From assembly GCF_009914755.1 (NCBI RefSeq), contig NC_060947.1: DNA of 64,000 nucleotides; one strand, 5' to 3'. The notes below the pieces were generated by a model. It saw only the letters and a list, made by a program, of their open reading frames with translations. It was not told the origin of the DNA and made no database searches. This DNA is from the human T2T-CHM13v2.0 reference genome, Homo sapiens. Position numbers and translations under genes: made by a program. Positions 1 through 13,475 of the stretch are shown piece by piece (the stretch's first letter is position 1; the number at the start of each line of letters is the position of its first letter).

Positions 1-159
1 TTTTTCCTTTATTGCTCATATTTTTAAAACCATTGCCGAATCCAATGTCATGAAGATTTATGGCTGTCTTTTTTTTAATGGTACAGTAGTATAGTTTTAG
101 CTCTTATGTTAGGTTGTTGATCCATTTTGAATTGTTGTTTGTACAGTTAAAAATTGTTT

Positions 160-302
160 TAATGAAATTTTATTTTTATATATTTAAGGCGTACAAGTAC
201 AGTTTTGTTACATGGGTTTATTTGCGTAGTGGATGAAGTCTGAGGTTTTTGTGTAACCATACCCAAATAATGTACATTGTACCCATTAAGTAATTTCTCA
301 TA
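160..302 (-). mobile_element. Short L1PB/L1MA-like 3' end
   Basis: tttaaggcgtacaagtacagttttgttacatgg...cattgtacccattaagtaatttctcat is typical of the antisense L1 3' terminus. Confidence 0.7.
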
Positions 303-896
303 ACGTTTGTACTGTTTTTGTATATGTTGTGAGATAGAGGTCTAACTTCATTCTTTTGCTTGTGGATATTCAGTTGTCCCAGCACCTGGATTTGTTGAAG
401 AGATCATTCTTTCCCCATTTACTGGTGCTAGCACCCTTGTTGAAAATCAGTTGGCCATAGACATGTGGGTTTGTTTGTGGACTCTCACTTTTATTCCTCT
501 GGGCTATGTGCCTGTCTTTATGTCAGCACTTCACTGGTTCGATTACTATAAATTTGTGGTAAATATTGAAATTCGGAAGTGTGAGTCTTCCAACTTTGTT
601 ATTCTTTTTCAATACTATTTTGTCTATCAAGGGCTCCTTGCAATTCTGTATGAATTTGAAATTTTTTTTTTCATTTCTGGGAAAAAAAGCTGTTGAAATT
701 TTGATAGAGATTGCAGTGACTCTGTAGATTGCTTTGGGTAGTACTGTCATCCTAACTATAAATTCTTCCAATCCATGGGACCTTTCCATATATTTAAGTG
801 TTTAACTTCTTTTAGCAATGTTTTGTAGTTTTCAGTGTGCTAGTCTTTTACCTCATTGGTTAGATTTATTCTTAGATGTTTTATTCATTCGGATGC

Positions 897-1252
897 CTTT
901 TTTGTTTTTGAGGCAGAGTCTTGCTCTGTTGCCCAGGCTGGAGCTTTTTTTTTTTTTTTTTTTTTTTTTTTGAGACAGACTTTCGGTGTGTTGCCCGGGC
1001 TGGAGTGAAGTGTTGTGATCTTGGCTCACTGCAACCTCTGCCTCCTGGGTTCAAGCAATTCTCATGCCTCAGCCTCCTGAGTAGCTGGTATTACAGATGT
1101 GCACCACCACGCCCAGCTAATTTTTATATTTTTAGTAGAGACAGGGTTTTGCCATGTTGGCCAGGCTGGTCTCAAACTCTTGGCCTCACGTAATCCACCC
1201 ACCTTGGCCTCCCAAAGTGCTAGGATTGCAAGCGTAAGCCACCGCACCTCGC
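897..1252 (-). mobile_element. Alu (945-1252) abutting a ~47-bp Alu 3'-end fragment (897-943)
   Basis: Two successive polyT-gag(a/g)cag...gctggag starts, followed by a full Alu body. Confidence 0.9.
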
Positions 1253-1402
1253 TGCTATTTTAAATGAAATAGCTCTGTTAATTTCTTTTTTAAGAAATTT
1301 TTTAAAGATTTTTTTAAGCTATTTTAAATGAAATTGCTGTTAATTTCTTTTTAAGAAATTTTTTTAAGATTGTTTGTTGCCAGTGTATAGAAATATTATC
1401 GA

Positions 1403-1704
1403 TTTTTTTTTTTTTTTTTTTGGAGACAGAGGCTCTGTCACCCAGGCTGGCTGTAGTGCAGTAGTGTGATCTCGGCTCACTGCAACCTCTGCCTCCCAGG
1501 TTCAAGCCATTCTCCTGGCTCAGTCCCCCATGCAGCTGGGATTACAGGTGCATGCCACCACACCCAGCTAATTTTTGTATTTTTAGTAGAGACAGAGTTT
1601 CACCATGTTGGCCAGGCTGGTTTTGAACTCCAGACCTCAAGTGATCTGCCTGCCTTGGCCTCCCAAAGTGCTGGGATTACAGGCGTGAGCCACCACACCC
1701 GGCC
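1403..1704 (-). mobile_element. AluS
   Basis: PolyT tail and full dimeric Alu ending ...cccggcc. Confidence 0.92.
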
Positions 1705-1708
1705 CCAG

Positions 1709-2515
1709 TTTATTTTTTTTTATTGTGGTAAAATATATGTAATATAAAATTTGCCGTTTTAACTATTTCTAAGGCCGCAGTTTGACATTAATTGTATTCA
1801 CGGTGTTACGTAACCATCACTACTATGTATTTGCACATTTTTTTCATTACCCCAAACAGGAACTCTCTGCCAATTAAGCAATAACTCTCTAATTCCCCTA
1901 TCCCCAGTAGTTGTAACTTCCAACCTACTTTCTGTCTCTGTGATTTTTGCCTATTCTAGATATTTTATATAAGTGGAATATTACAGTATTTGTCCTTTTG
2001 TGTCCGATTTCTTTCACTTAGCATGATGTTTTTAAGGTTCATTCATGTAGAGTATATCAGAACTTCATTCCTTTATATGACTGAACAATATTGGAACAAC
2101 ATATAACAATATTATATGGTTGAACCTTGAAAACATCATGTTCATTGTATATGTATACAACGAACAAAATGTGTTGTATACATGTAATTAGACATCATCT
2201 ATTACCATTGAGTATTCGTGCTGTTACCTGTGGGTTTTATAAATGTTCTTTATCAGGTTGAGGAACTTGCCCTCTATTTATAGTCTTCTCATCTGCCATG
2301 GATATGATATGTGGGGGGAGAATGTACACCACATTTTGTTTATCCATTTGTTTCTTCGTGGACACTTGAGTTATTTATACCTTTGGTTATTATGAATAAT
2401 GCTGCTATGAACATTCACATACAAGTATCTGAGTCCTTGTTTTCAATTCTTTTGAATATATACCTAGGAGTAGCATTGTTGGGTCATATGGTAATTACAT
2501 GTTTAATATTTTGGG
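1709..2515 (-). mobile_element. L1MB/MA-like 3' end, containing a complex insertion at ~2093-2322
   Basis: tttattgtggtaaaatatatgtaatataaaatttgcc... and ...gctgctatgaacattc...tacctaggagtagcattgttgggtcatatgg are L1 3'-region motifs. Confidence 0.75.
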
Positions 2516-3525
2516 GCCCACTGGTTTTTGTGTTTTGATCTTGTATTATGCAACTTTGCTGAATTCGTTTATTAGTTCTAATATTTTTGTGTGTGGATTC
2601 TTTAGAATTTTCTCTGTATAAGGTACCATCTGTGAATAGGGGTAGTTTTACTTATCCATTTACAATTTGGACACCTTTTATTTCTTCTACTTGTCAAATT
2701 GCTCTGGCTAGAACTTCCAGTGCTTTGTTGAATAGAAGTGGTGAAAGTGGGCATCTTTGTCTTGTTCCTGATCTTGAGAGGAGGGGTTTTAGTCTATTAC
2801 CATTGAGTATTCATGATGTTAGCTATGGGTTTTAAAAATGTCCTTTAACAGGTTGAGGAAGTTGTCCTCTATTTCTAGTCTTCTCATCTGCCATGGATAT
2901 GATATGTGGGTAAAGGTAGGTGGGCAGTTTAAAATGCACAGTGTTATCACAAAGCAGCTACCTCTTTCACCAAGCCTTCCTCTGGTAGTTGTGAGTTTTT
3001 GAATACCTGCAGAGTTGTGGAAAAGTTGATTCTGATACTTTTTGCAAGCTCATTAGTTGTTTTTGTGGAGGGACAGAGTCCTAGATTTCCCAGTTCTGCC
3101 ATTTTCAGTGCTAACACTCTCCAGATATGTGTTTTGCACATATTTCCTTCCAGTCTGTGGCATGTCTTTTCATTCTTACAATGGTATGTTTACCAGAGCA
3201 GAAGTTTTTAATTTTAATGAAATCCTACTTAGCAATTTTGTCTTTCATGGACAGTCCTTTTGGTGTTACATCTGAAACCTCATTGCCAAACTGAAGGTCA
3301 CCTAGATTTTCTAGGTTATCTTCTGGAAGTTTTATACATTTGCATTTTACGTTTAGGTGTATGATCCATTTTGATTTAGTTTTTGTGAGACTTGTAAGGT
3401 CTGTGTCTAGATCCTTTCTTTTGCATTTGGACATCTAGCACCGTTTGTTGAAAAGATTGCTTTCCCCATTGGATTGCCTGTGCTCCTTTGTCAAAGATCT
3501 GCTGATTGTAATTGTGTCGAGTCTA

Positions 3526-4062
3526 TTTTTTGTTTGTTTGTTTGTTTTAGAGATGGGGTCTTGCTTTGTCATCCAGGCTGCAATACAGTGATGCAGTCAT
3601 GGCTCACTACAGCTTCAAACTCCTGGGCTCAAGTAATCCTCCCATCTCAGTCTCCTAAGTGGTTGGGACTATAGGCTCATGCCACCATGCCCTGCTAATT
3701 TTTAAATTAACTAATTAATTATTTTTGAGATGGAGTCTCGCTCTGTCACCCAGGCTGGAGTGCAGTGGCGCAATCTTGGCTCACTGCAACCTCCACATCC
3801 TGGGTTCAAGCACGTCCTAGTCTCAGCCTCCTGAGTTGCAAGGACTACAGGTACATGCCACCACGCCTGGCTAATTTTTATATTTTTAGTAGAGATGGGG
3901 TTTCAGCATATTGATCATGCTGGTCTTGAATTCCTGACCCCAGGTGATCTACCCACTTCAGCCTCCCAAAGTGCTGGGACTACAGGCGTGAGCCACCGCG
4001 CCCAGCCTAATTTTTAAATTTTTTATAGGGACAGGGTCTTGCTATGTTGACCAGGCTGGCTC
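3526..4062 (-). mobile_element. AluJ with an AluS (3709-4007) nested in its A-rich linker
   Basis: TSD taatttttaaatt at 3696-3708 and 4008-4020. The outer Alu resumes after 4020. Confidence 0.88.
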
Positions 4063-4350
4063 TTGAGTCTGTTTTTGTGCTTTATTCTGTTCCATTGATG
4101 TCTGTGTCTATTTTTCACCAATACCATATTGTCTTGATTACTGTAGTTTTGTGTTATCTTAAAGGGGAGTAGTAGTATCAGTCCTTTCACTTTGTCATTC
4201 TTCAGTATTGGGTTGGCTGTTTTGGGCCTTTCAATACACCCTTTGACTTTAGTTTGTCAATATTCACAGAATAGCTTCTGGGGATTTGGATTGGGATTGC
4301 ATTGAATCTGCAGATCAAGTTGAGAAGAACTGACATCTTAACAATATTGA

Positions 4351-4737
<387 letters not shown>

Positions 4738-5323
4738 TAATTTTTCACATACAGATCCTGCAAATATTTTGTTAGGTTTATACCTTAGCACTATTTTTGG
4801 GGTGCTAATATAAATTGTATTGTGTTTTCAATTTCAAATTCTAGTTGTTCTTTGCTGGTATACAGGAAAGTAATTGACTTCTGTCTGTTAACTTTGCATC
4901 CTGTGACCTTGCTGTAATTGTTTAGTAGTTCCAGGTTTTTCTTTTTCTTTTTTTTGTTTTTGTAGATTCTTTGGGATTTTCTACATAGACAGTCATGTCA
5001 TCTGTGAACAAAACAGTTTTATTTCTTTCTTCCCAATTTGTATATCTTTTCTTTCCTTTTCTTATCTTATTGTATTTCTTATGACTTCCAGTACAGTGTT
5101 GAATATGACTTATGAGGTGGGGCATCCTTCTGATCTTAAGGGGAAGGCGTGCAGTTTCTTACTGTTAAGTACCAATAATGTTAGGTTTTCTGTAGATGTT
5201 CTTCATCTGAGGAAGTTCCTCTCTATGCCTAGATTGCTGGGAGGTTTGTTTTTTTTCTTAAATCGGTGACGGAGATTGAGTTTCAAAAAACGCTTTTCTG
5301 TATCCAGTGATAAGACCATGTGA

Positions 5324-5692
<369 letters not shown>

Positions 5693-7171
5693 TGAAGCAG
5701 CCTTTCATACCTGGTGTATAGTTGTTTTCATATATTGGCGGATTTGATTCCCTTAATATTTGTTGTGGATTTTTGCATCTGTATTCATGAGAGGTATTGG
5801 TCTGTAGTTTGCCTTTTGAAAAATATATTTAGCTTATTTTGGTATTAGGATGATACTGACCTCATAGAATGAGTTAGGAAGTATTCCCTCTGCTCCTGTT
5901 GTCTGGAAGAGATTGTAGATAATTGGTATAATTTCTTAAATGTTTGCTAGAATTCACCAGTGAAACCATGTGAGAATGGAGCTTTCTTTTTTGGAATATT
6001 AATAATTATTGATCAATTTTCATATACACAGGCCTATTCAGATTATTATTTTATGTGTAAATTTTGGTAATTTGTATGTTTCAAGGAATTGGTCCATTTT
6101 ATCTAAGTTGTCAAATTTTTAGGCATAGATTTATTTATAATAATCTGTTATTTTCCTTTTAATGTCCATGTGATTTGGTAGTGATGACTCTTCATTCAAA
6201 TCTGATGTGAATAATTTGTGTTTTTTTTTCTCTTGGTTAATTTGGCTAGAGGTTTATCAGCTTTATTGATTTCAGAGAAGCAGCTTTTGTTTTTACTGTT
6301 GATTGTTTTCAGTTCATTGATTTCTACTGTAATTAAAAATTTTTTTTCTTCTCCGTGTTTTAGGCTTAAGTTGCCCTTCTTTCTTTTCTTTCCTAAGGTA
6401 AAGCGTAGATTATTGATTTTACGTCTGTTTTCTAATAACGCACTTGATGCTATAAACTTTTCTCTAAGTGCTGCTTTCATAGTATTGCACAAGTTTTGAC
6501 TTGTATTTTTATTTAGTCCAAAATATTTTAAAATTTCTCTTCAGACTTCTTTGACTCATGTGTTATTTAGTAGTTTGTTGTTTATTCTCTAAACATTTTG
6601 AGATTTTCCAGCTATGTTTTTGTTACTGATTTCTATTTTTATTCCGTTGTGGTATGATAGCATACTTAGTATGATAGCTACAAATTTATTAAGGTATATG
6701 TTATGGCCCAGTTGTGGTCTATCTTGGTAATTGTTCCATGTAAGCTTGAGAAGAATGTGTATTCTGCTGTTACTAAAGTATTATATAAATGTCAAGTAGA
6801 TCCAGTTGCTTGATGGTATTGTTCAATTCATAGATACCCATACTCATTTTTTTTTTTTTTTTTTTTTTGCCTGCTGTATCTATCGGTTACTGAAAGGGGC
6901 TGTTAAAGTATCCAACTATAGTAGTGGATTTGTCTATTTCTGTTTGCAGTTATATCAGTATTTTCCTCATGTATTTTGATGCTCTCTAGTTTGGTACATT
7001 CATATTAAGGATTGTTATGTCTTCTTGGAGAATTTTGCATTTTGTAATGCTATTCTTTATCCCAATGATTTTCCTTGTTCTGAAATCTGCTTTGTCTAAA
7101 ATTTATATAACTACTTCAACTTCCTCTTGATTAGTGTTATCGTGGTATAACTTTCTCCATCCCTTTACTTT

Positions 7172-7544
7172 TATCCTATCCCTTCCCTCCCTGCCTCTCT
7201 CTCTCTCTCTCTCTCTTTCTCTTGCTTTGCTTTGCTTTCTATTTATTTATTAATTATTTTTAGATACAGTCTTGCTCTGTTGCCCAGCCTGGAATACAGT
7301 GGCACAATCATGGTTCACTGCAGCCTCCGCCTCCTAGGCTCAAGTGATCCTTCTACCTCAGCCTTCTGTGTAGCTGGGACTACAGGTGTGCACTGCCATG
7401 CCTGGCTAACTTTTTGTATTTTTTGTAGAGACAGGGTTTTGCCATGTTGCCCAGGCTGGTCTCAAACTCCTGGGCCTCAAGTGATCCTCCCACCTCAGCC
7501 TCGCAAAGTGCTGGGATTACAGGCATGAGCCACCACACCTGGCC
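7172..7544 (-). mobile_element. AluJ with a CT-rich simple-repeat tail
   Basis: ggcacaatcatggttcactgcagcctcc is a J-type motif; preceded by (CT)n/(CTTTG)n. Confidence 0.88.
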
Positions 7545-8656
7545 CATTCCTTTATATTCATTTTTTTAAATCTACTCTGATAATTTCTTTTAACTGGTGT
7601 ATTGAGGCCATTCACAGTTAAAATGATATTAATATGGTTGTATTAATATGAACCATGTTTATAACTGATTTTCTATTTGTTGTACTTACTTTTTTTTTTT
7701 AATCCCCTCTTTTTCTGCCTTCTGGTTTTAACTGACCGTTTTACAGGATTCCATTTTCTCTCCTGTTTTAGTGTCTATTATACTTGTTTTTACTTTTTTT
7801 TTTTTTCGGTCATTGCCCTAGAGTTTGCAGTGTACATTTACAACTTATCTAAGTACACTTTCAGATAACTCTATACTGCTTCTTGAGGAGTGTAGGTAAC
7901 TTTTACTAGAATTTTTGAACTCCTCCCTCCAGTCCCTTATAACGTTACTATTATTCATATTGCTTATCCATATGCTATACTCAGTCAATAATAGTTACTA
8001 TTATTATTTTGAACAGTTATCAATTAAGAATAGGAAAAATAGATTTTATCTTATTTATTCCTTCTCCAATGCTCTTTTCTTTCTGTAGATCCCAGTTTCT
8101 TACCTATATAATTTTGCTTTCTCTCTGAATAACTTTTTAAAGCATTTTTAAAGGGCAGGTCTACTGGTGACAAATTCACTCAGCATTTATCTGAGAAACT
8201 CTCCTTCAGTTTTGAAGGATCATTTCACTGAGTAACTTTGAGGTAGAGTTTTTTTTTTCTTTCAACATTTTATAAATATTTCACTCTACTTTCTTACTTG
8301 CATGGTTTCTGACAGGACATCAGAGGTAATTCTTATCCTTGTTCTCTATAGGTAAGGTGTTTTTTTTCCTCTGATTTCTTTCACAATTTTCTCCTTGTGT
8401 TTAGTTTTGTGTAGTTTGAATATGATGTACTTAGGTGTAGATCTTTTGGTATTTATTCTGCTTGGTGTTCTCTGAGTTTCCTGGATATGCAGTTTGGCAC
8501 CCTTAATTTTGAAAGATTCTTTGCCATTATTCTTTCAAATATTTCTTCTCCCTTGTCTCACTTTTCTCTTCGTATTCCAATTACATATGTTACACCTTTT
8601 GTAATTTTCCCATAATTCTTGGATGTTCTGTTTTGCTTTTTAAAAATCTTTATTTT

Positions 8657-8970
8657 GCCGGGCACGGTGGCTCACGCCTGTAATCCCAGCACTTTGGGAG
8701 GCTGAGGCAGGCGGATCACAAGGTCAAAAGATCGAGACCATCCTGGCGAACGTGGTGAAACCCCGTCTCTACTAAAAATACAAAAAAAAAATTAGCTGGG
8801 CATGGTGGTGCACGCCTGTAATCCCAGCTACTCAGGAGGCTGAGGCAGGAAGAATTGCTTGAACCTGGGAGGCGACAGAGGTTGCAGTGAGCCAAGATCA
8901 CACCACTGCACTCCAGCCTTGGCGACAGAGTGAGGCTCCGTCTCAAAAAAAAAAAAAAAAAGAAAAAAAA
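8657..8970 (+). mobile_element. AluSc-like
   Basis: gccgggcacggtggctcacgcc...gatcacaaggtcaaaagatcgagaccatcc... followed by polyA. Confidence 0.9.
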
Positions 8971-10303
8971 TTTCTTTTTTCCTCTTTCCATTTTAGTTTT
9001 GGAAGTTTCTACTGACATATCTTACAGCCTAGTGATTTTTTGCTCAGCCGTGTCCAGTTTACTGTCGAGTCCATTAAAAGCATTCTTCATTTTTGTTACA
9101 GTGATTTTGATTTCTAGCATTTTCTTTTAATTCTTCCTTAGAGTTATGTATGCTTACATTACCCATCTGTTCTTGCGTGCTGTCTACTTTTCCTATTAGA
9201 GCCCTTAACATATTAATCACAGTTATTTTAAATTCCCTATCTGATAATCCCCAAGTCTGTGCCATATCTGAGTCTGGTTCTGATGCTTACTTTGTCTCTT
9301 TAGACTATGCTTTTTCTTGCTTTTTGGCCTGCCTTGTAATTTTTTTAAAGCTGGATATGATATATTAGGCAATAGGAACTGAATAAATAGGCCTTTAGTG
9401 TAAGGTTATATGTTAATCTGTCTAGAAGCTAGGTCATGTTTAATGATGTAGGTATAGATGCCAGAGGCTTCAGTTTCCTCTAGTGTCTTTGTTATTTTAT
9501 TTTTCCTAGTCTGTTGTCTGTGGGTTCTCCTAAGAACTCCTTTATAAATAGTGAGTCTGTGTCTTGCAACTCTTTCAGTTGTAATTCTCTGTTAATGTAC
9601 TGGAGCTCTGTTGACATGATGGGAAGAGTATGGCGAAGGGAAGAAAGTGTTCTATAATCTCATTCTTCTGTAAGACCTGAGTCTTTGGCTACAACCTTCA
9701 GAAGTGTTTCCAGCCACCCCTTCCCCTCCTTTTCTTCTGTTAGATGAAACAAGAAGGCTAGAGGGACTGTCTTTGGCTGATTTCCTTTCTCCCTGGACAC
9801 CAAGGCTCTGGTAAATTTTCTCTTGGACTGTTGACCTTTGTTATGAAAAACATTCTGGCCTTATTTCAAAATGGTTACTTTCTTCCTCTCCCTACCTAAA
9901 AGAAGAGGAGATTTTTATTAGATCTTACCCCTGGGTGTATTTCAAATTAATTTTCCTTGTGTCTTACACAAAAGGGGAGGAGTTTTTTCTTGGGTCTTCA
10001 TAGTCAGAACCTGGTGAGATTTCCTGGAGGTAAAACTGCAAGAACTTAGAGGGCCTCCTAAGATTTAGTCCCCAGGAGTTCTCATTCACAAGCTAGTCTC
10101 AGTTAGCCTTTGTCAAAATTATCATTTAAGTTTTCTTACTAGTGTATGATTCCAGTGCCTTCTGCTCCAGGTACTGCTGATCTTGGATGTGATTCTTTGT
10201 ATTTGCCTGTTTCTCTAGATTTCAGGCGATTGGTTCACCCTCTGACCTCAATTCCGTAAATCCAAGAAATTTGCTGATTTTCAATTTGTTAGGGTTTTTT
10301 CTT

Positions 10304-10614
<311 letters not shown>

Positions 10615-12559
10615 AGGGTTTTTTCTTAATGTAAGGACAGGAGTGATGGTATCCAAGCACTGTATGGGTTGATGCTGAAACTGGAAGTCCTGTTTACATT
10701 TTAAAATTGGAAATATCTTGTCCAGTTTATAAATAATATTCAGCAAGAGGTTTTTTAACTTTCCTGTGAACCATTTTCTTAGCTGAAATGACTCATTCCC
10801 AGTTATTTTCATCCCTTTGAATTTCAAATCTCTGTATTTTCATATGCTTAGTAAGAACTTTTTCAGAACAAAATATTTGGAAAACTTAAGAACTTTATGT
10901 AGTTCTTGCAAATGGCTACTAACTTTACCCTAAAGAAACTAGAATTATTACACATTTTGATTTCCTTTTCTCCCCTACAGCATTGTTTTTTTTTTTTAAC
11001 CTTCTGTAAACCATGCTCAAGTAGTTCTAGGGATTATTTTCTTCACTTATTTCACCCCACTTATTTTTGAAGAAGAACTCAGTTTTCTAAGGCACTTTGA
11101 AATCTCTAGAGACTAAGCACGGCTTAAATTTGAAAAACTAATGAGAATAAATGTGGAACTCTTATGCTGCCAATGGTTTATTTTCAATTAACCTTGAAGA
11201 ATGTAGTAATTATAAACTACAGATCGTGGTGACTTTAGCTTAATAGGATTAGTTTGAGAATCTGTGTGATAGAGGACAATTTGGCTAAAATGTGTTATTT
11301 AAGCAACCGAGAAAGTAGTGTGTGTGTACTTTAAAGCCTTATAATTTGATTACTGGCTACAAATTTGCATTTTGGTAGGCTTTAGTTCTTATCCTTGGAT
11401 AACAGTTGTAACTAACCTCAGTCATTTGAGACATTATAAATTTCGTTAACCTTGCTTCTTTTTTAGGGTTCATTTTAAGTTTTATTTTTCTCACTGAACG
11501 TACTGTGAGAAACAGCCATTAAACCAAGAAACAAATTAGCAGTATATTTAAAGATCGCTTATTAGTTAGCAGATTAATGTGTTTAATAAATATTTTCCTC
11601 TTTTCTCATTTGATTAAAATGAATATTTGTCTTTGAGAATTAAATATATTTTTAAAAGAATTAAAATGTTAAATAGAATGTAATTTTTTTTGTTTTTCTC
11701 TATAAATGTAATTTTAATATACTAAATAAAATGTGTTTTAAAATGATTTGCCGTACTGAAAGGATTTGGTTGAAAATAATTAATTTTTGCTGTGTAATAA
11801 TCAATTAGCTGTGGCCCATTTTACAATAAGATCTATTTGTGTAGCATGCTGTGAATTAGAGACAGAAACCTTTTACTATGCTTTTGCTTAGAGACCTTTA
11901 TTATAAAGAAGTAAGGGCCGTAGAGTGGAAATGGATAAAGACTAGCAGGTCTTCAGGAGTGGCATGCTTATGAGTTAAGCACCATGCCAGGTTCCACCAC
12001 CCTTAGCAGATTAGTGGGTGGTATCAGTGTTGCTCCTCCCAAAATGTTTTTTTAAGAACTCTTCATGTATTATGACAGTACCCTAGAAGAAACCCACAAG
12101 AATGAACACAATGTATAGTAATATAGTCTTAACAAAATAGCTTCCATGTGCTAACAATTCAACTGAAGATAGATGGTCTATGTTCAGTAAATACATATTT
12201 AAGTTGGGACCCCTATTGTCAGGGACTTGACCTCCAATTCCCAGATAATGAGGGAGCAGCAGCTCATTTTTTGTCCTGATCTTACTACTTCATGCTATCT
12301 GGGCTGGCAGATACCCTTGGAAAATGCCATTTCATTCACTAAAGCTTCAGTACCACAGTGCCAGGATTGATTGCCTGTTCCTCTCTCCAGAGATTCTCAG
12401 GACCAGCCCCATCATTCTTGACATCCCTTACTTTTTGTCACCACCAAAACTCACTGGCCATCTGTTAGCACAGAATACCCATCCTTGTGCTGCTCTGTAG
12501 GTTCCTCAGTCTGATCCAGTTTCCTCCAACCCTCCCACTGGCCCCTAGAACTCTTGAAT

Positions 12560-13226
12560 AATTTCTCCCATGGCCTCCGTCTTGCCCCAGCATCACAGTG
12601 TAATCTCACTTTCTGTCCCTGGTTCTCTGCTGCTGCCAAATGGATGCCTGAGGGTAGCCCCTGCTCTGGCATCAGTCTCAGGCTGTGCTGTTTCTTCCTT
12701 TGCCTACTACCTGGTAACCTCACTGCCTGCCTTTTAGTTCCTTGAATACAGTGAGGTCTTCACTCTTAAAAATCTTTGCACAGGCTGCTTCCTTCATCTG
12801 CAGCAATTTTCTCAGTGTTTTGACCTGGCCGACCCTATCCAGTCTGATCTGGGTGTCTTCGCGTTGTCCTCTGCTGGGGCCTCCTATTTGTTTTCTTCTT
12901 GGCACTTAATTAAATTTGAAGTTGTATATTCACTTGCTCACTGAGCCTTTTTTCTGGATTCTATGATATATATTTTTCCTCATATTTCTGAAATTGTGAT
13001 GTATCTTAAACTGGATTTCTTGATTCCTTTCTGAATGGTAGGTAAAATAATGGTTTATCTTACAATTGTCTTACATTTAATAAAATTTTGCACTTTTAAT
13101 TATTGTTTCCCCCGGTTGATTGTGAGTTCCACACGTATAGGAATTTCATTTTACTCACCAATGAACCAGTGCCTAGCACAGTACCTGGCACCTAGGAGGC
13201 TCTAAATAAATAGTAGTTGAATGAAT
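12560..13226 (+). mobile_element. L2 fragments including a 3' end
   Basis: gtgcctagcacagtacctggcacctaggaggctctaaataaatagtagttgaatgaat is the L2 3' terminus. Confidence 0.65.
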
Positions 13227-13475
13227 ATCATTATCTATTTGGGAGATTTTGGCCCTAATTTTCTCAAGATGAATTAGTCAGTGTGTAAGTATGAATTGTT
13301 AATTCAGTTTCTGTTGTTGAATCATTGTTTTCGAGATTCCTTTATTCTGGAATTGAAAGAGACCTTTAGATTTGTCTATTTTGTTCCTCCATCTATGTAA
13401 CTTGCCCTATTATAGGTATATGTACATCCTTGTTTAGAAGTACTTACTCACCTTGCATGAAAATGAATTCACATA

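Larger units (their letters stand above)
1..3115 (-). mobile_element. Old L1 (L1M-type) ORF2 remnant joined to an L1 5'-end-like segment, interrupted by Alus and younger L1 3' ends
   Basis: Minus-strand ORF 523..789 (..IVRMTVLPKAIYRVTAISIKI..) is L1 ORF2-like. 2935-3115 ends in ctgccattttc (YY1-like AAAATGGC on the minus strand). Confidence 0.75.
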
